Assembly (NCBI RefSeq): GCF_006345805.1
Contig: NC_043002.1
Location: 72,044,001-72,108,000, forward strand
DNA: 64,000 nucleotides
Reading direction: 5' to 3'
Source of the DNA: Octopus sinensis
Taxonomy: Eukaryota
Both the position numbers and the translations under genes were made by a program. Each line of letters starts with the position of its first letter. Within the stretch, counting starts at the first letter, position 1. This document shows, in pieces, positions 39,374 to 53,397 of the stretch. The notes beneath the pieces were generated by a model, which saw nothing but the letters and a program-made list of their open reading frames with translations, searched no databases and had not been told where the DNA came from.

Positions 39374-41090
39374 TATTTCTTTATTACCCACTAGGGGCCA
39401 CGAAGAGGGAACATTACAAAACATGGGGGGACATAAAACAATGCGATTAAAATTATGATTAAATGAATGTTAAAATGAAAACATGATAACATGAAAGCGA
39501 TGCTAACGGCCCCCTCCGCCAGCATCACTTACCTTTCCGTTTCCTATCACGATTCCAAAGTTTTTCACCTCACCTTTCATTTCTCTCTCATATCTCTCTA
39601 TCATATCATCCTTCATAAATGCTGATAAACAATTTATACGTAGTTCATTGCACTTGCTCATCAAAGAGCCCATGAGTTCAAAATCGAATACCGCATAGCT
39701 TCCGTCCTCATACTCCTGCCATACATCGTCTTCAAAAAGCCTTCTTGCGTTCTCAGTATCCCCCTTCCCCACAACACATAAAAAGTAGGACTGGGGCTTT
39801 TGTATGTTCTGTGTGTCTGTTTTCGTTTTTCTTGTAGGCGGGGAGTGGGTGGGATTGCTGTTTGCGGGGGCAGGATGGGTCTCCAAGGGTGTGGGTGGTA
39901 TTGGGGTGGGTTGGGGCTTCGCACAGTTTTTCCTTTTCTTTCCTTTTCTCTTCTTTCTGCCCTCCACACACTCTTTTTGCATCTCCTCCTCCTCTGTCAT
40001 TTCCCTTTCCGTCTGCTTCTCTTTAATTTCTTCTTCTTTTGGGGCCTCCTCTTTTGGAGTTTCCTCAACGATTTCCTTTTCTCTTGGTGGGGGAGGCAGA
40101 AGGCTCTTATGTGGCCCCTCAGGCCACACTTGTAACAACGTGGAGCTCTGCCCTCCACCCACACTCTCATAATCACGTCTCCCAATTTAATGCTCTCCGC
40201 CAGGTCCACCAGTACCTCGCTCTCCGCCTGCACGTTCAGCTCCACTATTACGCCTCTCCAGCCCTCGGTCTTGACCGAGGCATGGAGAATATCTACTTTC
40301 TCCTCGTGGCCGCTGATCACAGCCGCCACAATCCACTCAGCCTCCACGTTTGGTGGCACTCCCTCCACCCTTACTCGTGTGATCCTTCTATTCAAGTACA
40401 TAGGTAAAAGTGTTACCCTTTCTGACTTCACCGCCTTCACCGCCATCCTCCTCGCTGCAGTCTCACTTTTAAAATGCACCACTGCAGTACCGTACTTCGA
40501 TCCTCGAGTCAGGAAAATGATTTCCTCCTCCGATCTTCTCAGGGCCTCCTCTATCCATTCCATGTTTACGATCTCTATTTTCTTTCTTTCGTTCACGAAC
40601 ACCCTGTAAATTATGGTCCTCTTATTGTACCATTCCTTTCTCTTTGGTGGTGGTTCCAGTTCCACCTCGCCGCTGTCCTTCCTCATATACCTCTGGAAAC
40701 CTGGCAATTTTTCTAGGTTTATTTCTTTTTCCTGTTCCGTCTTCTTTTTTGCAACTCCTGCGTACGTTTTCCTGTTTTTTTTTCTCCACATTATTTACAT
40801 CACCGATTTGCTCGTCTTCAGAGTTCGATGTCTCCGACAAGCTCTCAAATATCCATTCTTCCTCCGACTCCTCCACTAGGGAGTGGTCATCCATCTCCTC
40901 CCGCCTGACAGGCCAAAACGGCCGTCAAAACAGAAATAGTGTAACGCGCAGAACCAGTGGAACGCGAAACCGCTTTAACGCCGTGCAAAATTTCCACAAC
41001 AACAACAATTTTTTTTGATCTTTTTTTACCGAATTTTACGAGCGTAAAAAAACACGACCGAACTCAAACTGACAAACAGACAACTGATCC
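39374..41090 (-). mobile_element. ORF1-only L1/Tx1-like non-LTR retroelement (element C)
   Basis: 19-bp TSD GCGGGGACACATGTTGGTC at 39355-39373 and 41091-41109. Contains a 5' UTR, one gag-like ORF, and a ~130-nt U-rich 3' UTR ending GCCCCTAGTGGGTAATAAGAAATA. No EN/RT sequence. Confidence 0.88.
39503..40894 (-). pseudogene. Retroelement ORF1p (gag-like, CCHC zinc knuckle) split by two frameshifts
   Basis: Overlapping ORFs 40622-40894, 39997-40791 (VWVEGRAPR-CYKCGLRGHIRAFC) and 39503-40162 (acidic and Pro-rich tail). Confidence 0.85.
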
Positions 41091-41301
41091 GCGGGGACAC
41101 ATGTTGGTCGAGATACGAAGGCCAACAGAATGGTTTAAGAAGCAGCAGGTCGCAGGAGAGAGAGAAAGAGAGACAGAGAGAGAGGGAATCAAAGAGGGTG
41201 GAAGGCAGGGGACAGAATCAGTGACCAAGAGAAAAGGAGAAAGAAGGGATTAAGGAGGATGGGAGGAAGAGGGGAGGAGGATGGGAGGAAGAGAGGGGAA
41301 G

Positions 41302-41341
<40 letters not shown>

Positions 41342-41539
41342 AAAATCAAATAGGGTAATAAAATAATTTATTATTACCAGTGGCCTAGCACAAAGGACGA
41401 ATTAGTCATTAGACTATATATTTTTCGTATAGAAATATAATAAAAGGCTTCCAAATAAGGTAGCGTAGTGCTAGAAACACAAAAAGGGATAAATTCATGA
41501 AAGGAATGAAAATTAAAAACATTTACCATCTCAGCTATA

Positions 41540-41615
41540 TCCCAGACCGAACGGTTTCTACCTATTTTTAGCAAACACACAGAATATATTTGCTAGGCCA
41601 GGTTCTTCAATGGGA
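41540..41615 (-). ncRNA. Mirror-arm hammerhead with a C3U change (TTGAAGA)
   Basis: Reverse complement of 41747-41822, except the core reads TTGAAGA. Confidence 0.6.
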
Positions 41616-41746
41616 AACCTTCGTAATCCTAGACGCACAGACTATTAGAAGCACATGTAGATCTAACGCTTTGTATATCCTAACTTTTCAAACCTTTAGA
41701 TCTACATGTGCTTCTAACAGTCTGTGCGTCTAGGATTACGAAGGTT

Positions 41747-41822
41747 TCCCACTGAAGAACCTGGCCTAGCAAATATATTCTGTGTGTTTGCTAAAAATAG
41801 GTAGAAACCGTTCGGTCTGGGA
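41747..41822 (+). ncRNA. Type I hammerhead ribozyme motif
   Basis: TCCCA-CTGAAGA-ACCT[ggccTAGCAAA..TTTGCTAaaaat]AGGT-a-GAA-ACC-GTTC-GGT-C^-TGGGA. Predicted cleavage after 41817. One extra A precedes GAAA. Confidence 0.75.
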
Positions 41823-41915
41823 TATAGCTGAGATGGTAAATGTTTTTAATTTTCATTCCTTTCATGAATTTATCCCTTTTTGTGTTTCTAGCACTACGCT
41901 ACCTTATTTGGAAGC

Positions 41916-41950
<35 letters not shown>

Positions 41951-42000
41951 TTATATTTATACTTATATATATATATATATATTTATAAATATAGATAGAC

Positions 42001-42090
<90 letters not shown>

Positions 42091-42689
42091 GGATAAAATC
42101 TATATAAGAATTTATCAAGTAGTCAGCGTGGGAAACTAGTTCAGGAAAAGATTCATACAAAATATATAATTTTTCCCTTTGAATATAAATATATTTATTA
42201 CTATACGTAAATGCCTTTCGCTGTTTCGAAACTCTGAAGTCAAACTACTTTACTAAATACACATGGAACCGAAAGCGAAAGAATGCAACTTGAAATGTTA
42301 CCTTTTAAAAACAGATTTAGTCGCTTTCCGTGCCGTGTGCATTTATTAAAGTAGTTTGACTTCAGAGACCCATAACAGTGTGAGGAATTTACGTGTAGTT
42401 ATAACCCTTAATATAATGAATGTATTTACGCACATACACACACACACATGCACACACACACGCACACACACACGCACACACGCACACGCACATATATATA
42501 CAGAGAGAGAGTGGGTGAGAGGGAAGTAAAGAGTAAGGGATTACTCCAAGCGATTACCGGTTTGCTCACAGTTAGGTATTCAAAATGGGTTATTCAACAG
42601 TTAGTATGTAAATCTAATAATATTCTTATATGATAAGAATTTAGAGATATATTCCCTTGGATAATTCTGAATATATTACATTAAATATA

Positions 42690-42925
42690 AAAATAAAAGA
42701 TTCCAAACAAGTCTTAGTTAATTAATCTGGTCTATTAAAGTCAGAAACAAAGGCTATACTATCAATTGGGGATTAATTTATACATACGGACCTGGAACTA
42801 AAAAGTGTAACCCATGTTTAGAAGAATTTTACCAGATTTTTACATCTAAGGATAGTGTAATAAATCCTAGACAGGAACAAGTTTTGAGATGCTTGCACAT
42901 GGGGAAATTCACATTTCCCAGTATA
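42690..42925 (+). pseudogene. Penelope-like element ORF C-terminal relic (region following GIY-YIG)
   Basis: KRFQTSLS*LIWSIKVRNKGYTINWG..YGPGTKKCNPCLEE..INPRQEQVLRCLHMGKF (~TxLSKxIW...KxCxLCLxE...NxRxE..CxHxxKF). Confidence 0.6.
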
Positions 42926-43317
42926 AACGAATAGTAAACATTTAAAGAACAGAATGTTTCGAAATAAAGGATTATATAAGTGATTATAGAATCAAAACTT
43001 TAATTGAAGGTAGTTCGCGTCAAACTTCACGACAAACTCTACATCATACAACGCAAATTGGATAAACGAAAAATTTTAAACGGTTAGATTGAAGGATATT
43101 AAAGTAAAGACACTGAAGAAACGGTTACTAATTGGTGCGGTTGAAATATGTGTAGAAGCGTTGAGATGTATTGAAAGATACAGATAAGGAAATAATTTTA
43201 TTCGCAAACGCAGGGTAATGCTAATAATATAGCATGAATAGGATAAACTATCCATATTATTAGCATTCTCCTGCGTCTCAGAATAAAATTATTTCCTTAT
43301 ATAGATAGATAGATAGT

Positions 43318-43391
<74 letters not shown>

Positions 43392-43623
43392 TAGATATAT
43401 AGATATATAGATATAGATATATATATATATCGAGTCTGAAAGGCAAATTCAACCTCAATAGGATTTGAACTCACAGGGCATTGTGTTTGAGCAACTACCC
43501 TGAGACATTCTAACACTCTAACAATTATGTCAACTTCCCACCGGTACTTTAAATAAATGCATTTTATATGTATTTCCATACAATTAATGTGTGTGCCTTC
43601 ATATGTATGAGTACAAAGTAGTT

Positions 43624-43800
43624 AGTTCTTTCCGTGTCACGTAGCATATAAGGCCGCAACACAATCTCTGTCAGCCAACTCTATTTTCTGCCATTCTTCT
43701 TGCCTCATTCCAGATTCTCCATCCTTGTAGTTTCATTTCCTTGTCAATGGTCCTTCGCCATGTCGTTTTAGGGTGCTCGGCTGCACTTTTCCCCTCAGCT
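43624..43800 (-). pseudogene. RTE LINE 3' end fragment
   Basis: Minus strand HPKTTWRRTIDKEMKLQGWRIWNEARRMAENRVG. Confidence 0.7.
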
Positions 43801-44169
43801 TATCACTTTAATACCACCATATAATCGTTTTCTCGCGCTTATCTGAGGACATGTCCGATCCAGTTCCAGCGTCTGATCCTGTTGATGTGCGTTGTCCTTT
43901 CAATTGTGTCATTTCAGATTTTGCAGTTTTCTCACTAAGCATGTGAATTGGGACCTGTACATTGTTTCTCCTTCGGTTTTTTTTTTTTTTTGTACTTTTC
44001 ATTTCTCTCATCTATAACGGATGTGAAAACTGGTATGTAACAAAAGTGGAAGAAAAATTAGGTATGAATATGGTGTGTGTAAGTGTATGTGTATATGACT
44101 AGAATTTTTGTTAGAGTGTGTAAATAGGCAAAGAACCCTCATTTAAATTCTTCATCACCAATTTTGACA

Positions 44170-44196
44170 CGGGCAACGCCGGGTATCACTGCTAGT
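44170..44196 (+). mobile_element. Helitron 3' terminus
   Basis: CGGGCAACGCCGGGTATCACTGCTAG|T: a GC hairpin followed by CTAG and then T. Confidence 0.75.
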
Positions 44197-44219
44197 ATAT
44201 ATATATATATATAATATAT

Positions 44220-44256
<37 letters not shown>

Positions 44257-44447
44257 TATCGTAACTAATTTCGGTTTGCGTTTAACTGTCCTTTTAGCAT
44301 GTAAGAAGTCCTGTTATGGGTCTTCTCTTTGTGTATATATCTTTATACACTCCTATATATGGAAATATGTAGTCTTACGACTTTTATTACGCAAACGAAC
44401 GACTGATAAATTATTCTATTTTTTAATCGTATGATTTACACAGTATA

Positions 44448-44479
<32 letters not shown>

Positions 44480-45967
44480 TCAGCCAATAATTCTTTAATG
44501 AACGTGAAGTTTGACGCAAAGCTAACTGAATCCCTTACTTTATGACGGCCAATGACTTTTAACACTCTACGATCCAATCTTGATTATTTTAAAAATAGGT
44601 ACCATGAGAAATATTTTCAATCGATATAATGTAGTGAGAGACTTGCTAAATTTGTCAAATGTATGATTAAGTTGCTTTCTGTTCATGAACATAATCATCG
44701 AAGCGTAGGATATTTCTATAATTCATAGTTATGAAAGCTTTGGCAAGTTCCAGCAAACCGTTCCTGTTATTCAGGACACGTTGCACAGCTGAAATATCTA
44801 CACAGGAATATGTGATGGATAGATTGTAATCAAATTATTTTTAATAAGCTGTCCCTCATTTTGCTTTATCTTTGCATTAATCGGTTTCTCTCTGATTTGC
44901 CAGAAGGGCCATTTTTCTTTGCAAGTTGACACCAATATAATTAAATGTTCATACATCCTGTATCCACAAAAAAGCTTTTAAGAATAATGTCAATTTATTT
45001 TCTTCTTCTTTTTTCAGTTTCGTCAGGTTACATAAATGAAGGCGAGGTCATTCTAGGGATTCTTTATCACTTTATTACCGATAATATTCCCAAATGATCT
45101 GATATCTATATTCGATTTCTAAGTGATCTGAGCTTTATCGACACACAAAACACACATGGTGACATCGGATTACAGCCTTATAAGAATATACTCTCGTTTT
45201 CCTATCTAGCAATTAACTTAGCGATTCTGTAAGAAACAAAGCAAAAATAGGGTTTGGAGTGATTTGAACACAAAACTACGCAAGGTAGAACTAAATTTTG
45301 CCATATATTATGCACCTTCTTGGTCATTTTTATTGCCCTTATCCTTGAAGCTAAAGAAAGACAGACAGACAAGAATAAACATTTAGAAGCCAGGAAAGCT
45401 CGGACCAGAATATAATGGTGGTATAACATATTCCGTTTGTATTTCAGTGGTTTGGTGCACGGGAATGTATATCATAACAAAAGATCAACAGACAATGGTT
45501 TTCTAAAAAAAATGAAATTGAGATGAACAAAAAAAGTTCCGACCAATATTTTACTATCATGTTATTTTTTCCGGCAAACATAAACTTCCGGTTATTTCCG
45601 GATATTTCCAGATATTTCCGCTAAATTACAAGTTAAGTTACGGCTCACTAGTTCTTTTCTAATAATTGGTAACAAACAAGCAGGAAGGGAGAGAAAAAAT
45701 CTATACAATCTATATAATTTGAAATTATTGATCTAACGACTAAGGATAGCAGGGGAAAGGGAACCAGGGTGGTTTATATAGTTGAAAGTTTTTAAAACAA
45801 GCAAATTCAGCAACGCAGACCATATGTGAAATGTCTCAGTAAGTATTTAAAAAACATTGAATATCAAAAATATATAACAAATGTATGGCGAGTGAATAAT
45901 GTTTACTCTTGTTTAGGTGTTCCATTACGTGGCTGTACATTAACGAAATGCATTAATATTTCACAAG

Positions 45968-46160
45968 GTAAAGGCGGCGAGCTGGCAGAATCGTTACCGC
46001 GCCAGACAAAATGCTTTGCCGCAGTTTTTCCGACTTTACGTTCTGAGTTCAGAGAGCTCCGGTGTTGGCTTTGCCTTTCATCCTTTCAGTGTCGATGTAA
46101 TCGACTTACCCTTTTCCACGAAATTACTGACTTTGAGCCAAAATTTGGAGCCAACGTATT
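45968..46160 (+). mobile_element. SINE family B
   Basis: GTAAAGGCGGCGAGCTGGCAGAATCGTT...CTGAGTTCAG... Confidence 0.8.
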
Positions 46161-46350
46161 ATAAGGTATTTCCTCTCCCCTGTGACTATTAGAAAGGTGG
46201 GGAGCTGGCAGAATCATTAGCAAGTTGGAGGAAATGCTTAGCGACATTTCTTCCGGCTCTTTAAAGCCTAAGTCCAAATCCCACATAGGTCAACTGTGGG
46301 ATTTCATCTTTTTGAGGTCAATAAAATATAGTGTACGTATATAGATGTGG

Positions 46351-46440
<90 letters not shown>

Positions 46441-47126
46441 TGTGTGTGTGGTGTGTGTGTGTGTGTGTTTGTGTGTGTTCTTTAATTTTTTAAGAGCAAT
46501 GATATCCCATATTGTTAATATACCTTTGTGAAAGCCGTTTTGGTTCCGTATTTAGATAGAATCAATGTGAAAGGAGATTCTCTTCACGGTTGTTAAGTTC
46601 TATACTTTTGAGGTCAGAGGTAAAAGTATAATTCTTCTGTATTCCTTAGCCAGAGGAATCTCACCTTCTTTTGGAAAGTGGATAACTGTATTCTTCCGAG
46701 ATAACTGTTAGTTTGTTTCCTTCTTGGGGTCTTGTTACAGAAGTCCAGCAAATGTTTGTAAACGAATGGATTCTATCAGATGATACCTGATATTTTTCAG
46801 TATTTTAACATTTTTCGGTATTTTAAGCTTTAAACCGTTTTGTGATATTTGCGCTTTTATCTGGGGTATTGGATAGTGTAGTCAGGTCACTGATCTCATC
46901 ACAAACGATGAGACATACTACTTCTACCATGTAAACCAGTGCTATCCGTTTCATGGTCAGGTGTTCGACGACTAAACTGGTACCCACCACTGAAGTAGCT
47001 AGCAACTCTTGAAAGAAGGACTAAAACAAAACTTGTCGAAGGGCGGATTAGTTCCCTGTGCGCCAATAACCATCCAGTTGGGGAAAGACAGTGGCAAAAC
47101 ACCCCAATATATCTACCAAGAAAACA

Positions 47127-47205
47127 CTATGAGAAATCAGGACGAAATATTGCTATGAAAAATCAGGATGAAATGATGCTATGAGAAATCAGGACGAAAT
47201 AATAC
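47127..47205 (+). repeat. 26-bp minisatellite, resuming at 47655
   Basis: CTATGAGAAATCAGGACGAAAT units at 47127, 47153 and 47179, and again at 47655-47690. Confidence 0.85.
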
Positions 47206-47220
47206 TTTTCTCCCTCTAGG

Positions 47221-47531
47221 CATCATCATCATCAACCTATGCGATGCTGTGGTCATCACGATGTCTTACCACCTTCTCCTGTCTTCTACTCCATGGACAG
47301 CTGAGAATAAAGACAATCCTGTGGCTACGATGTCTTTCAGCCAAGAAGTGGTGGTCTGCTTCTTTTACGTCTGCCGTTCACCTTGCCAGTTATGATCGTT
47401 CGCTCAAATCCATCCCGGCGCATGACGTGGCCAAGGAACCGTAGCTTGCACTTCATGATGTTTCGCCGAAGTGTCATCTCGCAAACGAGCTTAGTACCCA
47501 GTTGTTCGTCCTTTTCTCCGTCCACGACACT
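47221..47531 (-). mobile_element. 5'-truncated RTE (BovB-like) insertion with (GAT)n tail
   Basis: RNIMKCKLRFLGHVMRRDGFERTIITGKVNGRRKRSRP. TSD CCTCTAGG at 47213-47220 and 47532-47539. Confidence 0.85.
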
Positions 47532-48189
47532 CCTCTAGGTACAAGGCCCGAAATTTTGGGGGAGGGGGGGCCAGTCAATTAGATCGACCCCAGTACGCAA
47601 ATGGTACTTAATTTATCGACCCCAAAAGGATAAAAGGTTAAGTCAACCTCGCCTTCAGGACGAAATAATACTATGAGAAATCAGGGTAAAACAATTCGTC
47701 AGCGCACTGCAAAAGCGTACTATACATGATGACGACGATTCAATGGTATCAAAGGAAAGGCCATGGTATATATCCTGTTGAATTATGTTATTCCAAATGA
47801 TATTGTTAAAGTCATTTCCATTATTTACGGAAAGTCATCAAACTTGCGGCAAAGCACAGACGGTCATTATGAAGGAAACTGGGCAGACGAGAAAATGTAC
47901 GGAACACACGCCGGCTGACTTGTACTTGTAATTCAAAATCCCTGCTCATCACATTTTAAGATGTTAATTATACTTATGAATTACATTAAGGGTAACGATT
48001 GTCTATGGAATACTCAACCACTCACACGTTGATTCACTGAACAATTTTCTTAGTGCTAATCGGAAAAACTATTATAAGTTGTTCCCAACACGGGAGTCCA
48101 TTTTATGTATATATGCATATGTGTATACGCGCGTGCGCGTGTATGTAGGTGAGTGGGTGGATGTGTGCATGTATGTATTGTTTTGCTCT

Positions 48190-48454
48190 TTTACTAGTTT
48201 CAGTCATTTGACTGCGGCCATGCTGAAGCACCACCTTTAGTCGAACGAATCGATCATGAAAGTATTCTTTGTAAGCCTAGTACTTACTGTATCATTCTCT
48301 TTGCCGAACCGCTAGAATGCCAAGCGATGATGGGGAGGGGGACAAAGACAGACACACAAACATATAGGTACATACATATACATACATACATGCATGCATA
48401 CATACATACATACATACATACATACATACATACATACATACATACATACATACA

Positions 48455-48486
<32 letters not shown>

Positions 48487-48650
48487 CGACTTGCTTCTTT
48501 CAGTTTCCCTCTACATAATCCGCTCACAAGGCTTTCGTCGGCCTGAAGCTATAGTAGAACACTGTTGCCCAAAGTGCCACACAGTGGGACTGAACCCGGA
48601 ACTACGTGGTTTGGAAGCAAGCTTGTTACCACACAGCCACGCCTGCACCT
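48190..48650 (-). mobile_element. SINE family A
   Basis: Reverse complement of the family A head, body and tail, with an internal (TACA)n. Confidence 0.82.
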
Positions 48651-48874
48651 ATATGTACGTGTGTACATGTGAATATACATAACTCTATAGGCAAACCTAA
48701 ATCTCCCAGTCAGCTTGATGTTCAGAATAAATTTGACGTGCCCCAGCATGGCCACAGCTCATGAGCTGAAACTAGAATCAATCAATCAAAACTATCAGCC
48801 TAGAGTTGCGCCTACAATAAATATTCAGTCGTTAATCATGAATTTCTTGAAGATAACATTACTCGAGTATACAT

Positions 48875-48909
<35 letters not shown>

Positions 48910-49384
48910 TACATACATACATACATACATACATACATACATACATACACACACACACCAAACATAACATACTACATACATACATACATACATAACACTA
49001 CATACACACACATACATACATACACACATCATACATAATAAATACACACATAACATACATACAACATAACATACATACATACATACATACATACATACAT
49101 ACATACATACATACATACATACATACATACATACATACATGTGACAGGAACTGAAAGGTTCTTGGTTTGGGGTAAAAGAAAATGCAAGAAGATCAGTTAA
49201 TTATGATTTTATTCAACATATTCCCCTCTCAGATTCACACACTTATTGCAGCAGTCCTTCGGTTTTTCTAAGCCCTGCTAAGTAACTCGGAAGTTTGGCG
49301 CTCCGGCCAAGTCTTTCGCGATACCCTTAAAACCAGGAACTTTTCAGCACACACCCCATGTTTACATACATGTCCTTATGTATA

Positions 49385-49415
<31 letters not shown>

Positions 49416-49444
49416 GCGCACATTTATACACACACACACACACA

Positions 49445-49507
<63 letters not shown>

Positions 49508-49943
49508 ATTGAAGAAATGGAGCTGAACGAAGATTGAACAGAAATCGTTTTATTTCATTCTATGATCCTCTTGCATTTTCTTTTACCCAAAACCAAGAAC
49601 CTTTCAGTTCCTGTCACATGTTATTATGTATGTATGTATGTATGTATGTATGTATGTATGTATGTATGTATGTATGTATGTATGTATGTATGTATGTGTG
49701 TGTGTGTATGTATGTATGTATGTATGAATGAAATAAAACGATTTCTGTTCAATCTTCGGTCAGCTCCATTTCTTCAATTCACTAATAATATTAAAATTCA
49801 ATTATCCGCACCAACGCACGGTTGCAACACCATATGGTTGTACCTCCAACCGTGCTGTCTTCTGCTGTGATTTTTGCTACCAAGGTATCGGTTAAACTTT
49901 TGATTAATCTGCTACAAGATTATTCATCTTTCTATTTCACATA

Positions 49944-49985
<42 letters not shown>

Positions 49986-50046
49986 CTATATATTATATAT
50001 ATATATATTATAATATATACACATACACATACATACATACATCATG

Positions 50047-50077
<31 letters not shown>

Positions 50078-51201
50078 TCTTTGGGTACTTTAGTTGGTTA
50101 CGACGACGAGTGATCCAGTTCATTCGATCAACGGAACAGCCTGCTAGTGAAATTAATGTGCAGGTGGCTGAGAATTCCACTGACACGCGTACCTTTAAAA
50201 TAGTTCGCGGGGAGATTCAGTGTGACACAAAATGTGACAAGACTGACCCATTGAAATACAGGCACTATTCACACACACACACATACTTATGTATGTGTGT
50301 GTGTGTATGTGCGTGTATGTGTGTTTGGCCAAAATATAACAGCCTCTTCAACAAACATCTTCAACAAAGTCATCTCAACGCAGTAGTCATTATAGATAGT
50401 CTTTGAATGCGAGATATAACAATTATAACTCCTTGACATTAAGCCTTACAGTTTTATAAAAAGCTAAGACACATTAGATGTTGTAGTCTTAGGTATACGG
50501 TGGCCTAAAAAAAGATTGGTTTTAGCAAGAAAGCATTTTGATCATACGGATGCCCCATGTCGGATTACTCGGAGCTAAACAACAATAAGATCGATCAGTG
50601 AAAATAAAAATCAATTAACAATAGGTGAGCTGAAAATACTGCTAAGGATTCAATAACTGAGAATTGCTCTTAGCTTTCATGGAACTCGAGAAGTGAAACT
50701 GTGAAATTCAAATCTGAATGTTTTAATAATTGTTTGTATGCGTAGGTGCGCGCGTATGAGAGCGTACGTCACGTATGTGTGTGCGTGCGTTATGTATTTC
50801 TGTACGAGTGGCTGTGTGAATGTGTGTGATTGCTTGTGCGTGGGTGTGAGTGTCTGTGGAAGTATCTGTGCATGTAAGAGTGAGCATGAGTGTAAAGTAA
50901 CTGGAGATGTTAATGTGTTCCTGAATTTCTCGCGATTTGCCTGGTAGTCAGGTGAAATAAAATAAATCTAGGTGTGTATTAAACTCTCGCACCTAAACCT
51001 GTACATTACGAAATTAGCGTTGCAGTCGTGGGTGTGAGTATTGAACAAGCTTTGATTTCTATGCTAATGCATAAATACACCGAGCACGCACGGAAGCAGC
51101 GGTACAAGAACATACTGACACACGCACACACACACACACACATGCTCTTACACACACACATACATACTCACATATCTAAGTATATATATATATATATATA
51201 T

Positions 51202-51278
<77 letters not shown>

Positions 51279-51280
51279 AT

Positions 51281-51799
<519 letters not shown>

Positions 51800-52935
51800 T
51801 ATACATATATACTTTTATGTATGTATATACATGAATTATATTTTCCTTCATAAAAAACGAATCATTCTCTTGGAACATTCAAAATTTCATTTCCCCCTTC
51901 CACAGTAATTTCATTGGAAATTCCTAGATTCTACAAACTAACGCAGAACGTTTTAGCATCTTTTGCTTCGTCGTCCTATCGTTTCTTCTGCTCTTCACAA
52001 GATCAGCATTTTGTTCCAAATATTTCCAGATCACTTGTGACACTCGACTTTGATGCCAATAGATTTTCTTGTTTACATTCTACGTGACAAATTGCTGATA
52101 TTATATATACTTCCAATCACAATACCCACACTCACCACTGGAAACGCCATTCTAAATTAGAACATTTCCGCATTTTTAAGTTCTCTAGTGTAGTTTAAAT
52201 CTTGGCTAAGCAACGTTATGCATTTTTTGCTTTTTTATTATTTTCTTATTTTCTTATTTTCATTTATTTATTTATGTATTCATTTATTTTAATGTAAAAC
52301 CTTTTGGAGTAGACTTTTCTGTCACAAGTTATTTCAAAAATTAATTGTATTCCAAATACGAAATTCCTTGCCAGCAGATTAATATTCAGCTTGAGTATTG
52401 ACTTATGAGATGACTTTTAATGTAAATTCGAAGTGGTCATGTTATGCTCGAGAATTTGACACCTAATTTATTACCTCTAGGTGATAAACAAGGTGAATTT
52501 AAGTATCTACTTCTCTCTTCCAGTTCTTTTGTTGAAACTTTTTATCGTATCTCATTGCTGTTTCCCTAACATACGTATCATTTAAGGTTATAAATGATAC
52601 GAATGTCAGGGGAAACATAGCAACGAGATCTTTAGATCTCCAGAAACTGCTGGTTTGAACCTAATCTAGCATGTCTTTGCAGAATCGTTACTGCAACATT
52701 TTAGTGGGTTTCTGTGATATAATAATCATCTGAAGATATATTCCATCATGTATAGCTATTAGCACATTAGTTACGCAATGACGATATGTGGCTGAGTAGG
52801 TAGCGCTGTTACACTCACGGTCCTATGTTTGTGGTTCCGCTTCCGGGACCAGCCAGCGGGTTGTGCCCTGTTCCTTAAGCAAAGCACTTCATTGTACTTG
52901 TCCCAGTCAGCTCAGCTGAAATGCGGTATCAGTGA

Positions 52936-52984
<49 letters not shown>

Positions 52985-52995
52985 CTCTCTCCTCA

Positions 52996-53034
<39 letters not shown>

Positions 53035-53291
53035 TCGCTCTCTCTCTGTTCCGCTGACTGAACGGTCGAATCGCCAAGAGGATGCCCACGGTGACGCAGT
53101 CCTACACACACACCTACAAGCAATTAGCGAAAAAATATTGCATTTCCAAATTAATCGTGCTTGCGTATGACGGCTATACTACTCTTAGTTAACATACGGA
53201 TATACATGCGCAAACATTTCTTGAAATGATTAACATACATACATATATAAAGCAAGCTGGCTAAGTTTTAGGACGTTGAACAAAATATAGC

Positions 53292-53397
<106 letters not shown>

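Larger units (their letters stand above)
41441..41921. repeat. Foldback element: about 225-bp inverted arms with a ~29-bp spacer, in (TA)n
   Basis: 41441-41666 is the reverse complement of 41696-41921, with about 2 mismatches. Confidence 0.95.

Noticed and set aside
47127-47205. 26-bp repeats as a CRISPR array
   Set aside because: The units are contiguous with no unique spacers, there are no cas genes, and the context is eukaryotic.
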